Shown: piece by piece, positions 54,271 to 64,000 of the stretch
How positions within the stretch are numbered: position 1 is the first letter of the stretch
How the letters are laid out: the number at the start of each line of letters is the position of its first letter
Translations under genes and position numbers: made by a program
Assembly: GCA_020536535.1 (NCBI GenBank)
Contig: JAHLWZ010000301.1
Span: forward strand, 1 to 64,000
Direction: 5' to 3'
DNA length: 64,000 nt
DNA from: Pelomyxa schiedti
Lineage: Eukaryota; Protista; Evosea
Notes under the pieces: model-generated
Told to the model about the DNA's origin: nothing
The model's database searches: none
The model's input: the letters and a program-made list of their open reading frames with translations, nothing else

Positions 54271-57200
54271 TCACCGGCGTTTGCGCTGGCTCTTTTTCGA
54301 CCTCTTCCTCGCAAAGGCGTTCTCCAGCTTCTGCCTCGTCGGCCCGGCCTTGTCCATTCCCGGCGCCGAAACGTCGAGCTTGTGCTTCTTCTCGCGCTTG
54401 GCTATGGCCCTGATGTTCTCCAGGGTGGCCTTGACCTGGTCCTCGCCCAGAAGCTGCACAGTGACCATTTTCTTCCCAATCACTACTTTGCCACTGAATG
54501 CAGAATCTCCAGGAATGCCCGAAGCAGAGGACGAGGCTGCAGTAGCCCGAAGGTCGCCCGATTTCTGCGGCTTCTTCCTCTTCTCAGTTGGGTCGATTCC
54601 TTTGGCGCGTAGGCGTTTATCTTTCTTGCTCTCCACAATGGGGGTATCACTGGGCAGGGCGGTTGGTGCGGGCGCTGGCTTGGCATCTGGAGCCGTCAAT
54701 TCTGGCCGTGGTACGCCTCTGGCATCCAAAACTAGAGATCGGTCGAGCTTCGCGAGTATAATGCCCAGTTTCCTTTTGGTTGACCTTATTTTGCTATCCA
54801 CCTCCTTGCGCCTTGCGTGGCGTTGCCTTTCTTTGTCACTATCATAACCGGTATCCTCTTCTTCTGGGAACTTCTTGTCATCTTCGTCGGAATCGTCGTT
54901 CTCCAAATCAGACTCGCTGTGGCTTTCTGCATCTTTGTCCTCCTCATCTCCATCTTTATCTTCATCTTCGGCATCATCAGCTTCTTCTTCAGGATCTCCA
55001 TGTAAATTTTTTTTCACCTGCTTTGTCCATGCTTCTTCGCGGTGCTCTTTTTTTTGCTGGTGCAAGAGCTTGTCCAAATCTGTGGCAGTTTTCAAAGCAG
55101 CGTTCATATCGGCAGTGATAACTGCATTTTCTTTGGGAAGAGCTGGGATTTCACGCTTAAGCTGCGTGATTATTTTAGAAAAAAATAGGCTCTCGTTCGG
55201 GCACAAAAATAGAATACTGGTCCCTTTCTCACCTATAAAAGTTCAGTGGGAAAAAATTGACATCTATCACATAACCTGCCCTAGCAGTTCTGCCTACACG
55301 GTGCACGTACACAGGGAGTGTCTTCGGGGCTTGAAAGTGGATGACATGACTCACATTTTGCACATCAATACCCCTAGCAGCAATATCGGTAGCAACCAAT
55401 ACGGAGTTAGACGCTTTGCTGAATCTCTCCAGATTTTTGATGCGTTGCCGCTGTTGCATTGAGGAATGCAACCCATGAGCATCAATGTTCAGTAGGTTGA
55501 GGAGTGGGACAAGGCGCCGAACCATAGAAATGGTATTGACAAATATAAGAGTACGACCAGGATGCTTTTTGATAAAGCTGAAGAGCAAAACACTGGGGAA
55601 GAAAATTGAATAGTACTACAAGATATGGGCGCGACACACTCTTTCTCAGCGGGCATACAAGACTGTTGAAATTCTTGTAGCTGAGATACGGTGAGCTTTT
55701 CTGTAGTGACATCTATGACTTCAAATTTCCGTTGGAAGTCTAAATATTGGTTAACATATTAAATGAAAAGGGAAAAAAGTCTCACCAACTTTATCAAGAA
55801 GAGCTTTCAGAGCATTGGAAGTTTCAGGAGGTGGCACTGCCACTGTTCCATCATCAAGGGTAGTGGGTTTCCTTTTCCGACGGGTAAACTTCGGGACATA
55901 TGTCAAAGTGGCAGAAAAGATGAAAGTCTGTCTTAAAATCTAAAAGGAGGTGAGTTCTACTATTGTTTGAAACTTCCTACCGGTTTCAGGGTACCAGACT
56001 TCCCTGTGGAATTTAAAAGGCAATCTAATATGCGATCAAGTTCGCGAAAGTGCCCCTCTTCAACCATCCTGTCGGCTTCATCAATTACAAACCATCTCAA
56101 ATGACTCAAATCCCTCAATGGAGAGCCGGGTGCTGCCATTAAATCCCAGAGTCGACCTTTGAAAAAACATGTGAGAAGGTTGATTAGCATATTTAGGAAG
56201 TAACCAGGAGTTGCTACAACGAGTTCAGGATTTTCGGATAGTAGACGTAGTTGTCTTTGAGAGCTCATTCCACCCACTACAGATATCACCCGCACCCCAC
56301 TCACAGCTGCCAAAGGGTTGAGGTGGTGAACAATTTGCATTGCAAGCTCTCGTGTTGGAGATAGCATTAGACCCAGAATGTAATTGCCAATCTCTTCCTT
56401 CCCAGAGGCAGTCTCCATGTGACACATTAAGTGATGCATTATCGGTATCCCAAATGCTAATGTCTTTCCAGACCCTGTTTCTGCTGCACCTATGACGTCT
56501 TTACTGCGGAAATGACTGTTAGAGAACAAGGTAAAATAAATACGTAGTTGTAACACACAAGAAATTAACAGCCACAGGAATGCATTTCTGCTGAATTGGT
56601 GTCGGGTGGGTAAAACCCAATTTTTGGATTCCTTTGAGAACCTTGGGATGGAGACAAAAAGGTGCCCACTCTGAGAGAGATGTGGTATCCACATTCGTGT
56701 CTGGTTCATTCTCAGGAGCTTCAGTATCCCCATCTTCCGTGTTCTCATCTTTTGTCTCTACTGTAGCTTTTACCTTAGAGGTGGGAATTGCAGGTGGATT
56801 TTCACTGCTCTGGGAACATCTCCGTCGTTTGGGAATAGGTTCCATCTTGAAACTCTCTGCAGGAGAGGATGCGAACTTTTTCTTGTCCTTCAACATTGTT
56901 AGATGAATCTAGATTCTGCCGATGCATTGACACACCAGGGTGTTACCAGATTTAATTGCATTTATAAGCTTATTATAATCTGCTCCATCTTCCGCCGAGA
57001 TCTCCGCAAGCCTAACAAATGAGAAATTAAGCACACTCTGTACCAGGGCAAAGACCAAAAACAAGCCCAAACAAAACGAAACAAAGAGAACCTTATTGTT
57101 GAAAAAACAAACAGGCCATAACGCACCCCAAAAAACCCTCTGTGCGAGACACCTCATCAGGAACGTCGTCCGGAACTTCGCCTTCGTGCAGATCGCGCTG

Positions 57201-57371
57201 GGGCTTCCGCTTTCGCGGCAGCGTTGCAACGGCCGCCGACGCGGCATTCTTTTTTTTCGTCTTTGCGGTTTTCTCCTTCGCCTTGACCTTGGCCTCCTCC
57301 TTCAGCTTCTTCTTGTGGGTAATTACCCTCTGGATCTGCACAGTGTGCTTCTTCTGCACCTTGCGCGCCAT
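54271..57371 (-). CDS. DDX24: DEAD-box RNA helicase DDX24/Mak5
   Basis: GFTHPTPIQ, GAAETGSGKTLAF, PTRELA, VVGGMS, TPGRL, DEADRMVEEGHF, FSATLT, MQQRQRIKNLERF, ARGID and HRVGRTARAG. Confidence 0.92.
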
Positions 57372-57533
57372 CGCCCCGTCTCCACGCCCCTTTTTTTTGG
57401 AAAAAAAAAGAGAAACGATTATTGTTTTTCCCGTGCAGATCTGGACCGTTATAAACGGGAGTGTGCAACTGTCCATTCCAATCTGTTAAGTTCTAAGCGC
57501 AGAGATCATAGCAGAGGCACTCACTGGCGGTTG

Positions 57534-58205
57534 ATGGCGTCGTCGGCACCGTGCGCGGCACCAAAGAGGGTCGTGTTCTCGTGCGCGTCGCAGCCGACGG
57601 TGTTCATGTGCGACTGCGGCAACATCCTCGGCGACAACTCGTCGTTCGTGTGCGCCAACGCGCGCGCCCGCACGATCACGCTGCACAGCGCCCGCAACGT
57701 CCTGCTCACGCCCTACTCGTACGACACCGACGCCGACCTGCCAATCACCCAGCTCTCAGCCCCCCACTCAGCTTTGACTTCGCCAAATTCAGCAGCAAAA
57801 GCAGCGGCGGTTTCGTCTTCAGCTTCAGCTTCAGCTTCCACCCCGACCGCGACCGCGACCGCGACGTCGTCGGCTGCATCGTCGGCCTCGAAGTGCCAGG
57901 ACGTCGTGTGCTGCGTGTGCCAGACCGTGATTGGGCGAGTTTACACCGAGATTGGCCAGATTGGAAGTGGGATTGGGCCTGGGCTTGGGAATGGGGTGGG
58001 GGTCGAGGCCGTGGCTTCATCGTCGTCGACGGACTTGTTGTGGCAGTACACGTTCAGCCTGGACCGCGTGGTGTGCTACTTTCTGCACACCCACGGGGAC
58101 CTGTGCTCCCCAAAGGCAATGATGCAACAGTCTGCTATTGTAGGACACAACTCACAAAGCCACAGCGGGACAGCTCTCACAGAAAACAACAGCGATGGAT
58201 TTTGA
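57534..58205 (+). CDS. Yippee/Mis18-family zinc-binding protein (Mis18-like), intronless
   Basis: PTVFMCDCGNILGDNS...VVCCVCQTVIGRVY...YTFSLDRVVCY. Confidence 0.65.
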   Translation: MASSAPCAAPKRVVFSCASQPTVFMCDCGNILGDNSSFVCANARARTITLHSARNVLLTPYSYDTDADLPITQLSAPHSALTSPNSAAKAAAVSSSASASASTPTATATATSSAASSASKCQDVVCCVCQTVIGRVYTEIGQIGSGIGPGLGNGVGVEAVASSSSTDLLWQYTFSLDRVVCYFLHTHGDLCSPKAMMQQSAIVGHNSQSHSGTALTENNSDGF

Positions 58206-58427
58206 TTGAAATCAGTGGCCCACCGACAGACAAACAGGTTCAGAAGATCCAGCGATCGGAAAACGTCATCCCAAATACAGTTCGACGCACCCTGGTTTTG
58301 GCTGTCCAAACCAGAACTCCGCTTATGATAAGCTCTGAACGAGGATCACCCCCCTTCCACTACAGGGATTTCGACCTTAAAATCAACACCGATTCCATCT
58401 GTTCCTTCTTCGTTCTTTTTTTGGTGA

Positions 58428-60145
58428 ATGATGCCTGAAAGCAAGCGTACCCCGGTTAGCCCGGCCGCCACCACAACCACGGACACGGCCGCCTCTTCGT
58501 CATCTTCGTCATCAACATCTTCGGCAGCAGCTACAATGACATCTTCGGCAGCAGTTCCCGGGGGGCCTCGTGGCGCCCACGGCCACCCAACGTGCACGCA
58601 CTCCCCACAATTTCCCTCTGCCCTGTGGGGCTCGTCGCTCCTTGGTGGCAGCGGCAGCGGCGGTCGTGGCTGTGTCTCAGCCGCTAATTTTTTCTGTTGG
58701 GCGTGGGTCTCCTTTCGGCACAGATTTGATCGCGGCGTTAACGACTCCAAACGCCACCGCCACCGCCACGACGACGACGGCGGCGGCGACTACTACGACC
58801 ACAACTTCGAAAAGGAAACAATCGTCACACATGCTCCCGACGTCGCAGCCAGAGTCTCCGGTGGAGGAACAACTCATGGCAATGCTCCAGCCTTCTCTTT
58901 TCAACTTGTCATCTCTGAACCCTGGTTTTCAGCGGGAAGCACAGGGATCACTCGACGAGAAGCAACTCGGTTATGGGTGCCTCGCAACGCCTTCTTCAAC
59001 TTCAACACCAGCCGTGCACAATGTAAATATCACCACCCCCAGCACTGGGAATCAGTGTGGATCCGATAAAGAATTGTCACCTGCCGCAAACAGTGCTGAG
59101 ATTTCTTTGACTCTCGCTACTTCGAAGATATACCGTTTTAAATCCGAGGAGGTAAAGTGGTGCTCCAAAATGTTTGGCAACTGACACAATAAAAGTTGTG
59201 GATAGAACTACCGCGAGCCTGGAGGCTCTCTCATAATATGACAGAGTCAGACGTTTTTCAGGCTGGACTTGCAGCAAAATGTTGTAAGCAGGGGAGTCCA
59301 CAGGGTTCGCAGGCTTTCTTCTATGTTTGTTCTTTCTTACTTCTCATAGAGGCAATATGTGCCAAGTGTCTATTTAAGAAGGTTGTATCAATCTCTGTAA
59401 CGTCTCTGCACCCCTTTTACCGGGCTACCACTGATGTAGAGAAGTACATCTTGCTTGTCAAATCGATATGCACTTCCTCAAGGTATCAATACGAGGGTGA
59501 GGATACAATCCAGCTGAAATCTCTTAGGGATCACTTGAAAGCTCCCCTGGTTATCTCAGTTGACCTACCTAACCATCCAGAACCACTCTATAGCAATCCA
59601 TTTCACATTTTATCTCGATGTTACAAGAAAGGTCCCTCCTCGGCCACCTCACCAATCATTTCAGCACCCACCAAAGAGACCAAGCAAACACAAACAGCTC
59701 TAAAAATTGTCAAACCACCACCAATCTTGGGAGTCAATCCAGACATCAACTATATTCCGTCAGGTGGGCAATTCCAGTCTTAACACATTTACCACTAAAA
59801 CGCAATAAAGCCATCAGTGTCGTAGTAAGACTAGTACTTGTATACCTTACAGACGAACAGACTGCGCTCATATTCAGCCCTGTTCAGAAGCTGCTAGCGG
59901 ACTACCCAGGCTTCCTTGCAATCAAATACAACCCCGTGGGCGGGCCTCTTATTCTCGATTCCAACAACCCAACCTCCAAGGCCAAAGTATGGGTGACTGT
60001 TGCTGTTTTCCGCAGTATTCAGGATGCTATCAGCGGACTTTCATTTTACATTGACTACGCAGAGAATAGAACCAAGAACCCACTGGATTGCAACCTGGAT
60101 GCAATGGGCCTTACAAAAAGTGTTGCCATAGTCACCAACTTCTGA
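58428..60145 (+). CDS. Putative CudA-like amoebozoan DNA-binding protein
   Basis: Low-complexity N-terminus, then ICAKC..KKVVSI...YILLVKSICTSSRDHLKAPLVI...SNPFHILSR, resembling the CudA-family core (from recall). Confidence 0.5.
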
Positions 60146-60296
60146 ACCTGTCCTGATTTGTGAAATCTATGTTAACCACACTGTGAATTATCTGATAGGC
60201 GTTACCACCTTGTATTTCATAACCCAAGAGTGAAAATATCAAACTGTTTTCCCTTGTGCCACATGGCAATAAAACCGTAAATAAAAAAGAACTTTG

Positions 60297-61414
60297 TTAT
60301 ATTTTCTTCTTTTTAGGCTTTTTTGTAGCTTCTGTGCCACGTTTACTTTTGTTTTGGAGTGACTTAAAAATATAGGGATCAAGTAATGCCAAAACAGAGA
60401 ATAGGTTTGCCCACAGGCACCAGTTACTGCCGTTACTGTCAGTAAACATTCCATACGTCCAGGACCCCCACAAGATTCCAGAATATAGCAATCCAGCGTG
60501 GAATGGCTTCATTCCAAGCAGATAAGGGTATGTCATTACAATAACAAAGACAATATAACAACTCAGAGGAAGCTGAGAAGTTGGTTGGAAGAGGAACGGT
60601 AGATATATTTAGATGCACACCATTTCCCCCCACCAGAGCAAATGACCACTAGGTGAGATGATAGTACAAGTCCACCACTTATCTACCAGTGGGATTCCAC
60701 GCCATGCAATTAGTGCACTATTCAACCAGGTAGCACCCACAAGAAATCTTGTCCACCTGTAGCNNNNNNNNNNNNNNNNNNNNNNNNNNNNNNNNNNNNN
60801 NNNNNNNNNNNNNNNNNNNNNNNNNNNNNNNNNNNNNNNNNNNNNNNNNNNNNNNNNNNNNNNTGACCACTAGGTGAGATGATAGTACAAGTCCACCACT
60901 TATCTACCAGTGGGATTCCACGCCATGCAATTAGTGCACTATTCAACCAGGTAGCACCCACAAGAAATCTTGTCCACCTGTAGCAATATGATAGGAGGAA
61001 ATATAAGTGATATCAAATGAAAGAAGATGTCTCCGCACATACTTTCCCTTCATCAAGGGGCCAGTCACCTTTTTTCCGCCACCATACAAGGCAGCCAATG
61101 GCTCCAGGATCAAAGTTATGGGTACTGCTGTCTGAGTCACAACGAAGTTAAAGTCTGAGCAACCGCGAGGACTAACAACAGGACACCGTCCAAAATCCCA
61201 CCACAATACAGCCTCGACAAGTTGCATTCTAAAAGGGCAAGAAAAGAGCCGTGAGAACTTTGAAAGAAAAGACAGGGTTGACAGACGATGAGAATGCAGC
61301 GAGGGTAATGGCGTTCCATCTGTCCCGAGGTGTGGAATTTCGCCAGTAGCATATGGCAGATATGGCCCACGACCACGCCAACGTGGCCACCGACACCTCA
61401 AGAGACCAACACAT
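60297..61414 (-). CDS. Multi-pass membrane protein of the MCWS/MQLxE/CT..GHL.W/S.WC type (DUF5765-like)
   Basis: MCWSLEVS, FSS.MQLVEAVLWW, TCTIISPSGHLLW and GSNWCLWAN. The frame is continuous once the gap duplication is collapsed. Confidence 0.65.
60643..60984. other. Assembly gap (100 N, 60764-60863) flanked by an exact 121-bp direct duplication
   Basis: 60643-60763 is identical to 60864-60984. Confidence 0.95.
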
Positions 61415-61647
61415 CGAGTTTCCCAAAAGGAGGAAAGATCATCGTAACGATCCAAGTCAGAGAATCCGCTTCTGAGCTTCACCAAGTTGGATGTTTCCCC
61501 AACGATCAAAACCTGCGTATGAGGCTCAGGAACAAGCTCAAATTGTGTCACATACCACCACTTGTGTGACTGGGAGGTCCACCAACCATTGTGTTTGTAT
61601 GTACAAACACCAGTACGTGAAATCTGATGCAAAAAAGAGAAAAAAGA

Positions 61648-62757
61648 TTCAGCCGGTTAAGCCATGAGACGCTCGACACCACAATCCACGTTTACGACAC
61701 TTAGTGACGCTGTTCACATAGTAACGACGCCTCTAACGTTGTTGTGTGCTTGCCGTGCCGTGCCGTTCCCTTCGTTGTTATTGCGCCAGTCCACCACAAG
61801 CGCAACGCGTGGACTTGTGGGGTATCAATTATGGGTGACGTGACGACGATGTACAGGTTGATGGGAGGGTGACTGCTTTGGACCAAAAAATAGCGGCACT
61901 CGACAAAGAAATACTGGACATCAAGGCACAAATGCAACGGGCTCGTGGGGGCACATTGACCATGCTCAAACAAAAGGGCGTGAGGGCTCTCAGACAGAAA
62001 AAAATGTGCGCTTGTTTTTTTCAAAATGGTGAATGAGTTGTAAATTTGTAAACCCTATGAGCCTCCTATCCAGGGTTCTTTTCTTTTCTTTTCTTCTTCA
62101 TCTTCATCTTCATCTTCCTTGTTTCTTAACCTCACCTTTTGCTAAAAGTTATGAGGGCCAGAGGGACCAACTGCAGACACAATCGTTCAGTATGGATCAA
62201 GCCAATTTTGTTGCACAGCAAGCTGCCGACAACATTGCCACTGTTCTTCTTCTTTGAAACCTTACTATGCTCTCAATTTGTTTTCAGGTAAATGCTATGA
62301 GAGAAGGCAGCCGAGCAATGAAAGGGCAATTGAAAGCTCTTAACATTGACTCCATTGAGGTGTCATATCCATTTCTCTCTTTCCCCCCTTGAGGCTTTAC
62401 TCATTGCACCTGTTTCCAGAATTTGCAATACGAGATTCAAGACATGTTCGACTTCAGTGCTGAGGTTTAAATATCGAGATTACATTTTCCTCCTTACCTC
62501 AGTCAAGGTACAAGATGTACTGAGTAGGTCATATTGTCTTCCGGATGGCGTAGATGAAGCAGAAATCGAAGCTGGTATACATAGCCAAATTGTATGCCAT
62601 TTCGCTGACAGCACCTACAGAACTAAACGCTCTGGAGACTGACATGGAGCAAGGGGAAGCAGCACCTGCCTACCTTGATGCCTTACCACTGCCAAGCAAT
62701 GCACTGCCAACAACAAGGCAGCCAGTAAGGCAAGCCACGTACCAACAGCAATTTTGA
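61648..62757 (+). CDS. CHMP5: ESCRT-III Snf7-family protein CHMP5/Vps60
   Basis: VDGRVTALDQKIAALDKE, LKQKGVRALRQKK.YEGQRDQLQTQSFSMDQANF, NIDSIENLQ and VQDVLSRSY.LPDGVDEAEIEAELNAL. The start codon is not resolved. Confidence 0.85.
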
Positions 62758-63079
62758 GTGTGTAGATGATAGACAATTCGAATATACTATTTGTTGCATA
62801 AGCTTAAACCCACGTGCAAAATTATCTTCACAGCATTCGATCCACAACACCACTCGAACAAGACAAAAAGAAAATATTTCACATAGAACTTTGTGCAATT
62901 GCGGATAGAAGTGACGCAAAACGGCCATTCAGTCTTTCTTTTTGCTTCTGGGTGTTCCAGTCTCGGTGCTAAAAAAAGCAGCCCAATTTTTTCCCTTAAT
63001 TGCAAATCAAACAGCAAAAAAACAAACCCTACCCCACTGTGCCAGATCTCAGCCGCACCACCGGTAGTCGCGTTTCCGC

Positions 63080-64000
63080 ATGGCAACTGGATTCCAGAAG
63101 CACGTGGCCGCTGTAACTCGCGACTACATTATTAATCCTCGATTGGGTTGGTGTACTTTTTTTTCCTCGTGCGTGCCTGACTTTTGTTAAGACTACCGCA
63201 CCGTAACTGGTGTCAATGGCCCACTGGTCATTTTGGAGAACATTAAGGTAAGAAATTTGTTGCTTTTTTGCGTGTGTTCCAACCCTCAACACAGCGACCC
63301 CAATTTGCCGAAATCGTCAACTTAACCCTGGCTGATGGTTCAATCAGAAAAGGACAAGTACTGGAAATTGCAGGAAATAAGGCCGTCGTCCAGGTATGAC
63401 ACGAAATAGTTACCCTCCACATATTGCAACACCTCGCATACCAGAGACGATGATGACACAATTGGTAATCCAATTCGCATGAGGGGGTGCCAAGGCACCT
63501 AAATTAACCCTCATGCTGAAGTGCTGAAAATAGGCCTAACTGAGTCTCTCACCTTCGCACTTTTTATCTCAAAGTGCCCCAGCTCACATGAGTCCAGGTT
63601 TTCGAGGGCACGTCTGGTATTGATGCCAAGCACACACATTGTGAATTCACTGGAGACATCTTGAGACTTCCCGTCAGTGAGGATATGCTTGGTCGTGTCT
63701 TCAACGGTTCTGGCAAACCTGTTGACAAAGGTCCCAATGTTCTTGCAGAGGATTTCTTGGATATTCAAGGTAGGACTTGACGGAGCAAAGAAAATTTTGA
63801 CACATACAGGTCAACCCATCAATCCCTACTCACGTGTGTATCCTGAGGAAATGATCCAAACTGGTATTAGTGCTATTGACACCATGAATAGCATTGCCCG
63901 TGGTCAGAAGATCCCCATTTTCTCTGCTGCTGGTCTTCCCCACAACGAAGTATGATACCTGTACACTTTCAGTTGTTCTGAAATCTTCAGATTGCCGCCC
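63080..64000 (+). CDS. ATP6V1B: V-type ATPase subunit B (5' part, runs off the window)
   Basis: [73 protein letters not shown]. Confidence 0.97.
63443..63549 (+). ncRNA. Intronic box C/D snoRNA candidate
   Basis: Lies in an unusually long intron (~63394-63597). Terminal stem AGAGAC/GTCTCT, box C ATGATGA (63450-63456), box D CTGA (63540-63543), plus internal hairpins. Confidence 0.8.

Noticed and set aside
54038-54274. Upstream extension of the 447-aa ORF (MMLAVSN...)
   Set aside because: It overlaps the DDX24 stop and 3' region; MGDEED at 54037 is the more plausible start.
53018-54413. Long plus-strand ORFs opposite the dynamin N-terminus (similar ones at 16309-16947, 22043-22987, 45812-46336)
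   Set aside because: These are antisense or alternate-frame shadows of GC-rich low-complexity coding sequence.
58560-58565. Frameshift at a G6 run joining ORFs 58428 and 58570
   Set aside because: A phase-compatible GT-AG intron (~58569-58724) can join the frames without a frameshift; unresolved without transcripts.
63577-63590. CCCAGCTCAC (complementary to LSU rRNA GUGAGCUGGG) as a second snoRNA guide
   Set aside because: It lies outside the terminal stem and coincides with the likely branch point just before the 3' splice site.

Overview
Gene-dense, intron-rich eukaryotic DNA with short GT-AG introns (mostly about 40-70 nt, often ending in AAG), several micro-exons and standard stop codons. 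Gene content and a recurrent 'ARDQF..HPRCG..SPAR' family motif suggest an anaerobic amoebozoan (Archamoebae, Pelomyxa-like); this is inferred, not verified. About 25 protein genes can be reconstructed by hand-splicing. Most are typical eukaryotic genes: Sel1 repeat protein, CDKL kinase, SLC43-like MFS, PTB/hnRNP L, RRM-RBR E3, GATA factor, acid lipase, C2 plus 10 PLAT protein, receptor kinase, RanBP2-ZnF-RING, DRP5A/Dlp-like dynamin, DDX24, Mis18-like, CHMP5 and V-ATPase B. Several are bacterial- or virus-type genes that have gained introns: a URO-D family protein, a class-M-like sirtuin, an OGFr/DUF1810-like protein, a bacterioferritin-like protein and a giant-virus-type membrane protein. The most notable observations are (1) a head-to-head pair of a macrodomain-less class-M-like sirtuin and an OGFr/DUF1810-like protein, a candidate ADP-ribosylation writer/partner module; (2) a PTEN-C2-DUF547 fusion with a single in-frame TGA at the conserved Arg173-equivalent; (3) a TA-flanked Tc2/pogo-type MITE; (4) an intronic C/D-box snoRNA in V-ATPase B; (5) a PqiA-type membrane protein with a large ectodomain; and (6) an ABHD17-like pseudo-hydrolase fused to SAM. 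The 100-N gap is an assembly overlap artefact. Family assignments come from motif recognition only, and exon boundaries are manual predictions.
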